Shown here one piece after another: positions 9,082 to 22,734 of a stretch of DNA of 64,000 nt (position 1 is the stretch's first letter; every line of letters begins with the position of its first letter). Under the pieces are notes generated by a model that was not told where the DNA came from, did no database searches, and saw nothing but the letters and a program-made list of their open reading frames with translations. Source of the DNA: Klebsormidium nitens (lineage: Eukaryota > Plantae > Klebsormidiophyceae); assembly GCA_000708835.1 (NCBI GenBank), contig DF237100.1, forward strand, positions 9,660-73,659. The letters are read 5' to 3'. A program made the translations under genes and the position numbers.

Positions 9082-12000
9082 ATGACTCGCAGAGGACTGC
9101 GGGCCCTGGCCTTGACCGCAACTGCAGCGGTGGGGACCTTGTATGCTGTCCAAGCTCGTAATGCAGCATTTAGTGATGCTGGGGCCGCCAGTTTCTCAGA
9201 TGAGGTCCCCCCAAGAGCCACACAATTGGGAGTCCTCAAAGGGAGCAGCCCAGTCAGGTCAGTGGCAGCACTCTGGATTTGCTGTGATTGTGCAAGAGCT
9301 CTGATCTGACTCATGTGGCCCTCTTCCTTGTATGTGATTCGCTGTATCATCAGTAAGTGATCCTCTTATTCTGATACGGTCCTAGTGGTTGTTGAGTGAT
9401 TATGGGGCCCTAAAGGACCAAGCTAGGTGGACATCACAGGGACACCAGCTTGAGACAAACTTTCAGGTTTATGTGACAACTGCTTGCTTGTTAGATTTCA
9501 GGTAAACAGCATTATGGTGGAGGTCTTGTAACTGACAGAAGTTGTGATGCACTGGTTGTGACTGACCATTGCAGATGAGTGGCCTCATTCTTATGGGACA
9601 TAAGGGTGTCCGCTGCTTCTCTCAATGGATCCTGTAGCTGAGCTGGTTTGCACGCCTGTTTTTAAAAAGTGGAAACAGGGTGAAGGAGAATCAAGGCAGA
9701 TTCTGATAAGTGCTCAACAGAACCAGCTCTATAAAAAAAAGACGACCTTTTCTTCAAGGTCCGCCCACATCAATGAAATAACTTATTGTGCTGTGTCTCT
9801 ACAGTCAATTCGACATTCTTGTCATTGGTGGCGGAGCCACTGGTTGTGGGATAGCTGTTGATGCCGCTACCAGAGGCCTGCGAACAGCCCTTGTGGAACG
9901 AGAGGACTTTGCAGGTATGATGTGCCAGATTCCACCCCGCGTGGAGCCAGAGAACTCTCACCTCTGTACGAACGTTGCAGTTTGTGAGAGGCTTCCTTAT
10001 GTTGTTGTTGACAGCAGAGTGTTGCATCTGATTGGTGTTAGATCTTTTGATCTATCTAAGTGCTTCATTCAAATACATGGGTTCCAGAAGTGAAAGTTTT
10101 TCTTGTCTCACGCCAGATAATCCAGGTGCCCCAAACCTGAACCACCGCCTTCGTCTTTTTGGGGCGATTCTCGTATGCAGGACCTTGTTTTTGATCAGGT
10201 CTTCCTTTCCTTTGATCAGGTCTTCTTCACCACTCCTGTCCATCATTTATATCAGCTAATACTCGTATCCTCCGTGCGATGTTTCTTGGATTGAATTCAT
10301 ATTAAAGAAGCCCGTTTCCCATCTCCCAGCCGGCACATCCTCTCGGAGCACTAAGCTGGTCCACGGCGGCGTGCGCTACCTGGAGAAAGCCGTCAAGAAC
10401 GCCGACCCCGGCCAGCTGAAACTCGTGTACGAGGCCCTGAAAGAGCGCGCCACCATCCTCCAAAACGCCCCCCATCTGACCGCCCCCCTCCCCACCATGA
10501 TGCCCTGCTACTCGTGGTGGGAGATTCCTTACTACTACGCGGGCATGAAGCTATACGACCTGATTGCCTGGAGCCGCGTCCTGCACCTCTCCCGCTTCCA
10601 CAGCGCCAGCGAGTCCCGCGAGATGTTTCCGACGCTGGCGGCTTCGAGTCCCGACGGGCGCAGCCTAAAGGGCACGGTGGTTTACTTCGACGGCCAGATG
10701 AACGACGCGCGGCTCAACGTCTCGCTCGCGTGCACGGCGGCGCTAGCGGGCGCCGCGGTGTTGAACCACGCCGAGGTGGTGGGACTGAATAAAGACGAGA
10801 CGACGGGCCAGGTGACGGGGGCCAGGGTGCGGGATGCAGTCTCGAGCCAAACATTTGACGTGCACGCAAAGGTTGTAATAAACGCCACCGGGCCGTTCTG
10901 CGACTCGATACGCAAGATGTCGGACGGGGAGGCGCGGCCTATGGTAACCACGAGCAGTGGGGTGCATGTGGTGCTGCCGGATTACTTTTCGCCGGACTCA
11001 ACCGGGTTGATTGTCCCCAAGACCAAGGACGGAAGAGTGGTGTTTATGCTGCCATGGTTGGGGAAAACGATTGCGGGGACAACGGATGCGGAGGCGCCCC
11101 CGACGCAGCGGCCGGAGCCGCACGAGGACGAGATCAGCTTCATTCTGGACGCGATCAACGGGTATCTAAGCGTGCCGGTGAGGAGCTTGAGTCACTTGGA
11201 CTTTCGAGAGTTAGAAACGGGGTCGAACTTTGTAGGGCCCTTCCACCTTTTGATCTTGATTAATTCAACGCTGAGTGTCGTGGAAGCTCTAAGTAGAATC
11301 AAGTGAAGCATCTCGATGGAGTGAGTGACCTGGGTAGAAGAAAACGGGACTTCAGGACGACGAGTATTATCGGCCTGGCTGGTGTGAGTTCACCTTCTTG
11401 GAAAGTCTGGAAAGTCTGGAATTGAAAACCCCCCAACAGAATCAAGGCTTTTTTGCTGAACAACTTAGTGATACGCCAAACGACTTTTTTAAAAAAAGGA
11501 AAACATTGAGATTTCGAGTCACACAATGTCTTCTTTCACGTTGTTCTTCAAGCTGTGGTGGCGTCAAAGGGCGTCCGGCTTTTTGACAGAGAGCGAGAAG
11601 ACCTCTCTCGGTCTCGGGTTCATCTTACGAGGACCGAGAAAAAAACAAATTGCAGTGATCTGGATCTGTTTCTGTGACCTATATTGGAGCAGTAGCTGAG
11701 TCAAGGATGGTAGAAACTAGAGTTCCTCATCCCTAATCCGGATTCATTGCCCCGGACTTCTTGCTCGGCTCCTTCCGTTTGCGGGGAACCCTTTCCCCGC
11801 AAACGTGGGCAAGAGTTTTTTTGTGTCGCTGGAAGGGTGTTTTGTGTGTTAATCCAAAGTGAGGAAAGTGCGAGCTCCTCCAGCACGAGGCGGCCGTCTC
11901 TCGTTTCTGACTGCGCCTCTGTGGGACGTCTCTGAAAGTGGATTCACAGGCAGAAGACATAGGAGAGCTTTTACATGTTGAACGAACAGAGTCGGGTCGA

Positions 12001-12896
12001 TGCTCTGTCCACTCCTTCTACCCTGTCATGCCTTACGAAAATATACCAATTCCGCTGGTGCACGGGTATCGCTACTTTGCTATCCGCCGGATTCCCTGCG
12101 GCACCTTGCAACCCTGCCGATTTAACGGCCGTAATTTGGCTGTCTTCCTTAACGTGGTAGATTCTAATCTCTGGACCAGGTCCGAAGGCAGGACGTTTTG
12201 TCTGCCTGGAGCGGCCTGCGCCCGCTGGCCACCAACCCCGACTCCAAGGACACCAAAGATATCGTCCGCGACCACGTGGTCACCGTCGGCGAAGACGGGC
12301 TCATCAGCGTCAGCGGCGGCAAGTGGACGACGTACCGGTTAATGGCGGAGCACGCCGTGAACGCCGCCGTGCGCGCCGGGAAACTGACGCCGCAGTCCAA
12401 GTGCGTGACGGAGAATCTGCTGTTGGTGGGGGCGGAGGGCTGGGACCCGTCGCTGTTCGCGAGTTTGACGCAGCAGTACGTGCGCATGAAACGGACGTAC
12501 AGCGGGAAAGTGGTGCCCGGGGTGATGGACACGGCCGTCGCGAAGCACTTGACGCATAGCTACGGCGGCCGGGCGGACCGTGTCGCGTACATCGCGCAGG
12601 TGGAGAGCTTCGGGAAGAAGCTGGCGCACGGGTACCCGGACCTGGAAGCGGAGGTGGTGTATTGCGCGCGGCATGAGTACTGCGCGTCGGCGGTGGATTT
12701 CATAGCCCGGAGATCGCGGCTTGCGTTCTTAGACACGGCGGCGGCGGCGCGGGCGCTGCCGCGGGTTGTTGAGCTGCTGGGGCAGGAGTTGGGCTGGGAC
12801 AAGAAGAAGCGGAAAGCTGAGCTGGCGGATGCGCAGAGCTTCTTGGAGACGTTCAAGGCCAAGTCAAACGCGCAGTTTGTTGATGGGAAGCACTAG
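9082..12896 (+). CDS. SDP6: Mitochondrial FAD-dependent glycerol-3-phosphate dehydrogenase
   Basis: Exons 9082-9257, 9805-9914, 10330-11177 and 12180-12896 join in frame (616 aa). Motifs [69 protein letters not shown]; N-terminal targeting-like sequence. Confidence 0.96.
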
Positions 12897-13832
12897 ACCA
12901 TGATTGGATAGACTATGTATGATACATATTGCGCGCAGCAGAAAAGCTCATATTGGATGCAACCAGCTGTTGACTAGTATGCGATGCAGCTCCAGTCCAA
13001 ACACGAGGTCGATCCCTTGGAAGAGTCGACGTGCAAGAACATCGCTGTACGTGTTGCGGCATGAAGAGGTCGACTTACAGCTGACTTATGCCGGACATTT
13101 CTCAAACATTGGGCCAACCTGAAAACGCCCAAACCGCCTGCTCAGTTCTGGATCAATGAAAGATCCACCATACCGTCGGGATACATGCATTCGGCGCGGA
13201 ATTTGACGCGGGATACATGCATTTGGCATGCAATCATGTGCATATATGCTACTGACATACTCATGTGATTGCTTAATCATCGGATAGCTAGGGCTCGGAT
13301 GATCAGCGCATGTTAGTATCCTGCAATGCATGTCTGGGCCCGCGGCCGATGGTACTTTCTAACGCGCATGGTCATTCATTTCGGTGGTCGCGGCATGCTG
13401 CAATATAATCTGCCGCACAATGGTGAAGAGACGCGCGAGCATGCCGCCGTCGATCGCTCTACCATTTTCTTTATATCATTTGACATTATCATCTGATAGC
13501 TGCATGATGCAGGCGCCGCAGCTTTTGGGTACAAAATCTCCTCCGATATGCCCTTTTACAGGTGCCCGCTGTCGTCACTGATATTAACGAAGGTCCATGA
13601 GTCAGTCTAGCTCCATGATCCGCGCTCCGCCCGGCATCCTCGCATTCGCATGTGTCCCTCAACTGGCACAGCTAGTGCTGGCGAACTTATATTTGAAAGG
13701 ACACGCCCATGTACACTGTTACAAGCAAATCACAACGATCAAAGTTGGAAATCCATTCGGATCTCGAGGTCCCAATCCGCGTCAGTCTACGGTAAAAGGA
13801 TCCAGCGCCGTACGCTCTGCCAACGCCATCCT

Positions 13833-16800
13833 TCAAGCTTTGAACCCAGGTGCACAGGCCTTGACCCACTCCTGGATGCTCGTCGCTTTCCGCCCAACGA
13901 TGGTTTCAAAGTCATCGCTGTACGTCACAAGGTCCGGTACCTCAGCGTCGATTCCCTTCATCAGCTCGCAGGTTCCGTCAGCCTGGTTTCAGGCAGGCAA
14001 ACGGAGGCTGGTTAGAGAAAGTTGGTGGATGCAAGCTGGGTAGACACTGGCCATCAAGCCACCTTACTTGTATTTGTCAATATTTCAACTCTAACTGACA
14101 GTACAGCTTGCGGATCTCTAAAACCTACAGAAGGTCAACCTTGACGAATACTTCTGACGCACTTGAAAAGCCGGCCCTATCAATCACGTAAGGCATCAAA
14201 TGCTTTCAAATCGTTGCAGTAGAAAATCACGCTCACGTAGCACATCAAGCGAATGCGTTCGCTACGTCAGGCATACAATCCGCAAGAGCTGCAGGGCAAG
14301 CGGCAGGGGAAAGAGGGCACTGATTATTGAACCTCCAACGACAATCTCCTTTTCGCTTCTCAACCACACATGGCTGCCTGCTCTAAGGTGCAGACTGAGG
14401 AAGCGAGACTCACGATCCAGCCCGGGTACCCGGACCCCTGCATCTGCTGGCTGGCGACTTCGTAGGGGACCTGCAAAGGTGTCACTCCGCATTCAGATTG
14501 ATATTCCGGTCCTGATGCTTCGGAAATAATGCAATCGAGCTGCTCAGAACGACACGCGATCGATCCGCCCCTTCCCCAAACGACTTCTAGCCCAGATTTC
14601 TTTTTTCAACTCAGTACTTCATGGATGTAATCGGTACAAGAAGAAATCGTTTTCTACCCCGATGTCTCTAGTACATTGTTGGATTTGTCTCCTACCCCTT
14701 CCCTGATGCTTTAGGACATGCACGAGAGGAGTTTTTTTGGAAAGGGATCCCCTTACCTGCACGTAGTTGACCGGCTTGCCCAGCGCATCGCTGAACGCTT
14801 TGGTGAGGTCGTTGTACGTATACTTCGGGCAGCACAAAAAGTAGGCCTTGCCCACGTGCTTCTCAACGCCGTCGTTGGCGATCGTGGCAAACGCCAGGCC
14901 GACGTCAGCAGTAGTGATGGTCACGAAACCGGCATCTGGCTTCTGGGGGCAGTAAATGCAGCCTTGGCCCACGATGGAGTCCTTGTTGCCCCACTGGTTG
15001 TCTGCATCAGAGAACAAATCTCGTTACTCGAAAGTGGAAGGACTTTAGCTTGACTTACTTTAGACGTGTGGAGGGTGGGGAACTTGGCTGGTTGTCCCAT
15101 TTGTAAAGGAAGCTGAGAGCCTGGCGGACTGTTCAAAGAAAGTGGAAGGAGATGTGCCCACTTGGCCAGGGCAGTGAATCGTCCGCTAGCCAAGTTCATC
15201 ACTCGTCTAAGAAGCTTCGTTCACTTTGACTTTCCGTGCGGTGTTCAGAAAACAAGTTTCGGCTGGAGTCTGGCGAGAAAGGTCTCTGAGATCTTGGAAC
15301 ACAACGTGGCCCATCTAAGAGCTTTCGTAGTGGGTTCGATTCGATACTTTCTTGCGTCCTTGAAGTAACGAGGTTGCCTTATCCAGTCCGGTATTCGGCA
15401 TGGATTCAACGGCCACATATTGCAGTACTGGAAGGATCAGAGGACTTGCCTGTGAAGATGGGGATCCGACAAGCGACGTGAGGGAGGCCCAGGTCTTTGG
15501 CCCTTTGCTCAATGGGAAGGAAGTCAGACCCGAAGCGACCTGCAAAGTCACGAATGCAAAACATGAGCGGCCCCCTCTATGTGCAAGCCAGTTTTTCTTA
15601 ACGTTCACATGGCCTCAACCCAGAGAGCAAAACTGACGCCAGGTTCACAGATGCTCTGGCGTCGCTTACACTGATCCATTTCAGAAGCCTCACGCCAAGG
15701 CTCAAAAGAGCAGAAAGGTACTGATCCAAACACGCTCGGACAAGGTTTGAATCAAAGCCCAAAGCGGACCTCCCTTCCCCCTGGTCCTGAGCTCTTTCAT
15801 TTATGACCACCAGTACTCAATAAACAACTCAGGCATGTTGGCATCAAGAGACGTCAAAAGCTTTTCTCGTTTCTTTCCTGCTACAGGAGAGTGTATGCCC
15901 GACCTTCAAAGACATTCTGCTCAATATGTGCAACTCACCGTATGCGCTCTGGACAGTAGGAACAGAGAACAGGATGACAAAGGGCACGCCAACTTCCTTG
16001 GCCACCTCCAGGGCGCTGATGAGCAGCTGCGTCCGGTTCTCAACTCCAGGAGCAATCAGGATCACCTGCACACCCCAGGAGCGACATTCCTAGAGACTTC
16101 CAAACGGCCGACCAGTCTTTGATTTCACAGTTGGGGCTTCAAGCGATTCACGACTCACATTTTTTTCGGATCATCTCTGCAGGTTCACCTAGAGGAAAGA
16201 AGCTCCTTGGCAGCTTGCAAAATCTCCCAAAACCCTCCTAGTGCAGCAGGACAGCCTATGGTGGGTTCGCATATGGTTTCTCCACCTTAACATCGAATGG
16301 CTTCAGGCGGGCTCACCACATCCGCTCCAGTGAAAGCAGCTTTCATGGACTCGCGCTTGCTGTAGTCAGCGGCGACTAGCGCTGTGTTGGGAGCTAGGTC
16401 GCCCAGTCCCTTGGACACATCGCGCACTCCAGCCTTCACCACAAACTTGTCAGCGAAGTCTGGGGAGCCCAGCGCGGCAAGCGTTGCTTTCTGCGAGGAC
16501 AAAGAATCAGATAAGATCGGCAGGCGCTTCAGCCGCCAGGCGTGTGGTTGAACACTTGAATATGAATGGCTGGGACCACATCTGTGCGAGCGAATAACTT
16601 TGAAATCATATTCACCAAGGATGGCAATTATGCAATTGCAAGACCCTGATTCTGGACTATCATATCACGTGACATAAGTAACACGTGACATATGAACAAG
16701 TGTAACGAGAAGGTGACAAATGACCATGCCAGCTTGCTATGATGAAAAGTCTGGCAGGCAGCCAGAACTTGCAACAGCGGAAAGTGATCGCGCCTCTCCT

Positions 16801-16931
16801 AGTCGACAAAGTCAGTCAATAAAATCAGGGCTCCCAGATGCGATTCACCAGCAGTGCAATGCCAGGGCCAATGAGCTGCTTACCCCAATGTACCCAGAAG
16901 TACCCATGGTAACAACAGTCTTGGGAGCCAT
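13833..16931 (-). CDS. NmrA-like / atypical SDR NAD(P)-binding protein
   Basis: Exons 16931-16884, 16490-16317, 16065-15939, 15539-15450, 15001-14757, 14470-14414 and 13982-13833 join in frame (296 aa). Rossmann start VVTMGTSGYIGKATL, VKAGVRD, AFTGADVVILI, LGKPVNYVQVP. Confidence 0.9.
16666..16692. promoter_or_regulatory. Tandem G-box (CACGTGACATA x2) in intron 1 of the NmrA-like gene
   Basis: Exact 11-bp direct repeat at 16666-16676 and 16682-16692, each with a CACGTG core. Confidence 0.4.
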
Positions 16932-17811
16932 GGTGCAGTTCTAACTTTTGCCTGAAAGCAACGCCGGATCGGGACTAGCTCTGCTGTTGTTGCGCTCTGG
17001 TGTTGATGAGCTGATCAGCTGTTCTCCAAACGATTTCTGGTGACAGCTTCTAAGGCTTGGAAATGACTTTATGACTCTGCGCTCCACCCCATACAGATCA
17101 GTGCAAGTGCAGTTCTGTTGCTTGTTGCTCGATCGCCAGCTGCTGGGTTTTCAAGACGCTACCGCAGACTGCAAAAATCGACATCGATACAAATCACAAT
17201 GTATCTCGCGTTTCATGGAGCTGTATACGGTAGCTCGGATCCATCCTCCATGGCCTACTTCTGCTTTTCCAGTCTCAACGTCACTTCTTCAAGACTCAAT
17301 CGAGGCAAGTGACACATGTCTGACAATCATGGCTCAAGCCTCAGACTGCATTCCCTCTACCTATATAGAGTCTGAATTCCATCAGACAAGGAACCTCTAG
17401 ATGTCCACATCCCGTATTTTGACATGTACGCTCCTTCGGCACTGGCAGCTGTTGCGCCTCACGCCCGGGGCTGCTCTACCGGTCGCTTTCGAATACGGGA
17501 CGGGGATCATACATCGCCCGCGACTCGTCCCCGGCCGTGAGGACGACCGTACAAGAGGTGGCCGACAATGATTCCTACCACGTGGATCACATGAAACCCA
17601 TGTGGTCCGCAACGACGTCTGATTGGCTGTCACGGGCAGGCCTTTGAAGGAGCTTGCAAATTGAAGCTTGGCAATTCTGCCTGCAAATGTATCGCAGGGC
17701 AAATTGACAATGGATTTCACTTTCAGGCGGCACCTACCGTATTGCTGTCCCATATTAGGTAGGTAGCCGGTTGCATTTCTCTTTTTTTTCAACTCAACCC
17801 TCTTCTTGAAG

Positions 17812-20800
17812 ATGGCGCAGTCAATGTACAAGGTTCCCCTAAATGTCGCAATTGCTGCTATCGTTGTCACAATATTTTATGGTCCAGGGTGGGGAGAATT
17901 GAGCCGCACGGTTCCCGCTTGGTTTGAAGAGCACACACCAGCCCCATTGCTAAAGGCTGTGCAAGGAGAGGCAGACGCCCTGTATTGGAACGCCACCATT
18001 TGGACAGCGGATCCAAATAGGCCGTGGGCTGAGGCGATAGCGGTGAAGGACAAGCAGATACTGAAAGCAGGTTGGTGGTGTGCTGTTCGTTGGAAGTGGT
18101 TCTGCTGGATGGCATCTTGGAACCTGCTTGCGAAGCTTTGCCGGGCTTGCAACAATGTATTTCTTTGAAGAGCGTCCTTGATTGGTTACATGGTGGTAGG
18201 CTGTGATATCTTGGAAACATGCTTGGAAAACATTCGTATTTGTCTTAGAGTGCTACTGAGATGCGCGTTACAATCTCAGGGACTTTTGCCACCACCAGCA
18301 AACTCGCTGGTGCGCAAACACTGGAGGTGGACTTGAAGGGCGCTTTTGTGGCGCCAGGCTTCATCGACTCGCACGTGCACTTTATCCAAGGGGGACTGCA
18401 GGTTAGTCGCACTCTTGTGTTTGGAGCAAGGTGAATTCACTTGTCAGGTTGAGCTGGGTGTCTGCATGTCACAGACAACACCTTTAAATAAAACATAAGA
18501 AAACTGCCTTCTGTGCAGATTACGACAACGATCAGCATTGCAATGCAGTAGGAAGAGGTTAAGTTTTGGCTCCACTTTCATGGCAGGCAGAGGTTTGTGA
18601 AATTGCGACAGTCGTGCTTCTTTATGCAAGTCGTATCTACTCAATCAAAACAATCATTCTCAATCACCTAAAACAATCACTGATGCTGGTTCTTCCGCCT
18701 GCAGCTCTTACGGCTTGACTTCACAGGCGTGAAAGACAGGGCTGGCTTTCAGCGGGTGGTGTCAAGAGGCGCAGAAAACAAGCGGGAAGGGGAATGGATT
18801 CTCGGAGGAGGCTGGGATCACGAGCTCTGGGGAGGCGAGCTGCCGGACATGCGGTGGATCGACGATGTGGCGCCAGAGAGTCCGGTAAGCTGTGGGAACA
18901 GCCACGGAGCGAGTGGCATAGCACCATACAGCCTTCTTTGCACTTTATGGTGATACTGCGCTTGGCGTGACGGTGATCGCGTGTGCCTCAGTCACAAGCG
19001 GAAATGATGGAAATACAAGGGTCAGATTGCAAAGGAAGTTCTGGTCCACTAAATTCTATGGGGTGCGGCCCTTGCCAACACAGAAGCAGCCTTCTATCAG
19101 GGTGTTCCTGAGTGCGATCCTTCCTGAGAAAACAAAACATTGATGGTCAAGTTTAACAGAAAGGGGCACGCATCTCTTTAAATCGGCGTTGCTCAGCTCC
19201 TCAGTATGAGGGTGCAATATTCCTCTGACCAATCAGGTGCCTTCGAACTCGGTGTTGACTACAGGGACAGCTTGGGGAAGACTTCAAAGGCGGCATTGAA
19301 ATGAGCACACCCTCGGGTTGCAAACTTTCCCAGCACAATCTCGCGGCTTCAGTAACTCTTAACTCAACCACCACCCCCTTCCTCCAGGTCTGGCTAACCC
19401 GCTTAGACGGCCACATGGGGCTGGCGAACCGCCTCGCACTGGAAAAAGCCGGCATAGACGGGGACACTCCAGATCCTGAGGGGGGTGCGATCGTCAGGAG
19501 TCCCGACGGCGCTCCGACCGGCCTGCTGAAAGACTCGGCCATATATCTGCTGTCTCCGGTGACCCCCCCCCCAAGCCTGCAAGACAAGCGCGAGGCGCTG
19601 AAGCGCGCGTGCCGGCACGCGAACAAGAATGGGATCACGGGGGTGCACGACTTTGGCAACTTTGGCCCTGGGAGCACCACAGAGGAGGTCTGGGCGGATC
19701 TAGAAGGTGAGCTTTTTGCCACCGAGTGTCTGAGCTTATATGGGGATGACAATGAATGTCGAAAGATAGTGGATGCAGAGGAGGAATACGGGGCTCTTGG
19801 TAGCCCCGATGTTGGTGGCTGTCTGCCTGTTTTCCTGCCGGCCCACGATGAAGACCAGATCGCGAGATGCATCCTTTAGCAGACCTTCTTGGGAAGCCGA
19901 TTGACTGCTGGCACAGAACGTCAGAGGAAAGCCCATTGTCTTCTTGCTTTTCAATTGGATGACAGAGACTTCCTTGCTTTGCAGCTTCTGTTAGGCAGAG
20001 GTGATGTCACTGAATACCTCGCAAAGGCTCACTTGTCGATCTGGTACCGGCAGTGGGCGGTCCTGCAAAATGTGGAATCTGAATCGTCCTTACCAAATCT
20101 CTTTGTGCCGCCAAGCTATTTCCGTTCCGACGACAAGGAGTGCGTCAGAACAACAGCCTCTTAGTGCAGATGTGTACCTGCCCGCTGCTGCCGTTGGTGA
20201 CATGACGGTGCGCGTGTATGCGTTCACACCATTGGAGACGCATGAGAGGCTGGCGCAGAAGATCAAGGAGAAGGGGAAAAAGCTCAGCCCCTGGCTGCAC
20301 ATAGGAGGTGTCAAGGTGAGGCCCCGCTGTGCGTGGCCTGTGACCTCAACGAATTACCCCAGTCAAGTGACTTGGACAAAGGTGCATTTCAGACGTCCCT
20401 GTGTCATTCAGCGAATGTCGTGTTCGGCCCGGTGGCCCTCCGAACGGCTCACACTTGCACGCTCTCTCAACTCGTCAATCTAAGGGATTTTGGTTGCTCT
20501 CACCGGGATTATGAGTGTTTTGCTTTTGATTCCGGACTCCTCTACTTCCCTTCCTGGGTCATCGTAAACTCGTTTCGCGAAACCCAACAACTTGCACGCT
20601 TGAGCTAAACTTTTCCCAGAAGGAATGTTGACCTTAACAGCGAGAGAGCTGGCGACAGAAGCCTACAGACAAACCTGGTTGCCTATCGAGGCCTTTCGTT
20701 TGGTCAGTGAAGCTCTTTCGTTTGGTTAGTGAGCTCGATTGCCCCAGTTGGCGCATGAAGTTTCTGGGGACCTTTTGCAGGCTTTTGCGGACGGCTCCCT

Positions 20801-22734
20801 TGGTTCCTCGACGGCGCTGTTCCACGAGACATATGCTGACGATCCCACCAACTACGGCCTGGCTGTCGCGCCAGAGGATTGGCTATTACGGAACGTCGTT
20901 GCCGCTGACGCTGCAAAGCTGCAGGTAAGCAGCGCATGGAACATAAGCGAGAGGTGGCTACTATATGTGTTATTTGATCCTGCCAGCTTTCAGTATATAT
21001 CTGAAAAAAACGAGCATCATTCTGGGAGAGATTCGGTCATAAGCAGTACTTAGACCTTTCTCGTGGTGCCTCAATGACCTTTGGTGCTCCAAACCGTGAA
21101 CAAGCTCGAGAAACCCCCTGCTGAACCATTGTCGCGACTCAGTCATGGGACAGAACCCGAATCACGGGGTGAGGCCTAGTCCAATTGAAGTGTAGTCCGA
21201 ATAGTAGAGTCCCTCAGGCGACCTTTTCGCCCTTTCTATCTTTCCAGGTGGCAGTGCACGCGATCGGGGACGCTGCCAATGACCGGGTGCTGAGAGCGTA
21301 CCGACAGGCGAGAGCGACGAACGGCTTGAGGTGAGGAACACCCCGCCCTTTTAACAGGAGCTTTCTTATCGAAAGCAGGGAGGTCGAGTACCTTACCGGT
21401 GCACCGGGCTCCTGTCTCTGCATTAATGGGTCCCGCATCAGTGGCCAGACCTTGCAGTTTCCAGATAAGAAGAGTGGATTCAAGTGCCAGCTCGCGGTAA
21501 CCCTCGGACTGCTCCGGTCCGCCCTTGCCTCTGAGAAAAAGCTGAGTGTGGCTGTCGGGAGGCCTGAAACGCACGGCGTTCCGGACAATGCGTGAATCCG
21601 CAACACGTAGTTTCGCTCTTTTGTGTTGGAACACACTCGCCGTGGCCCGCCCAAACAGCGTTCAGGCAGTTCTGCACCATGTTCAGCAAGCACAAAAGGA
21701 TACTCGAATCTTCTCCTAGTCTTGGTCCAGATCCGAAGTTTTCCGTCGCTCCGTTGCAGGGACCACCGGCACCGAATCGAGCACGCGCAGCACCTGTCTC
21801 CCGAAGCCCCCGACCTCTTCCAAAAGTACCGGGTCACCGCCTCCATGCAGGTGGGCAGCCAAACTTTCTTCTCGATCGTCAGAATGGTTTTGCAGTTGAT
21901 GGAGAAGATGGTGAGTTCGGGCGCCAAGAAACGGTCAATCAATGGCTTTCTCTTTGTGTCGTAGCTTGTGAGCCAGGCTGGCTGATCGGTCAAGAAAGTT
22001 CCTCAAAGCTTCTAAAGGAAACTTTCTCATCTGCGGATCGGCAGAGCAGCACTGACGGCCTCACTAGAATGACAGGCAGACTCCCGTGAGGGCCGTAGAC
22101 GGTGGCATTTCTTGTCGTGGCCATTTTAAACCATTGTCCAAACTTTTGCCGTGTTGACTTTGAACCAGACCTGCGTTCAAGCTTCTGAGGTTGACTAGTG
22201 AATGTGATCGCGGCCGGAACACCAAGCCCGTCTTTTTGCTCCGTGCTTCGTATCGTATCCAGACCGAACCCTTATCATTCTCTGAGTCCTTTTACTTGAC
22301 AGCCGCACCACTTGATTGACGACGCTGGCTACGTGGAGAAACGCCTCGGAACGGAACGCGCATCCAAGTCGTCGTACCTTTTCAAAACCCTGCTCGGAAA
22401 GGGCGTCCCCCTAATCCTGGGCTCTGACTGGACGGTCACCCCGCTGGACGCTCTGGACGGCATCCACGCGGCCACTCACAGGACGCCACGTGGCGCTTCA
22501 GCTGAGACGCGGCCGTGGCTGCCAGAGCAGAGACTTAGCGCTGAGGAGGCAATGATTGGTTATACGAGCGCAGCGGCACGTGCCTCTTTCTGGGAAGACG
22601 AAGTGGGGTCTTTGGAAGTCGGAAAGCTGGCCGACTTTGTCGTGCTGGATAGGAATCCGTTGGAAGCCTTTGACGAGCTGCCTAGGGTGCTGCAAACGTT
22701 CGTCGGAGGGACGAGGGTCTATGTGGCTGATTGA
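17812..22734 (+). CDS. LAF3: Amidohydrolase-3 family (YtcJ/LAF3-like) protein, multi-exon
   Basis: N-terminal TM segment; WNATIWTADPNRPWAEAIAV, DLKGAFVAPGFIDSHVH, WILGGGWDHELWGG, RLDGHMGLAN, VHAIGDAAND, HRIEHAQHL, GSDWTV, GSLEVGKLADFVVLD, TFVGG; stop at 22734. Confidence 0.92.
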
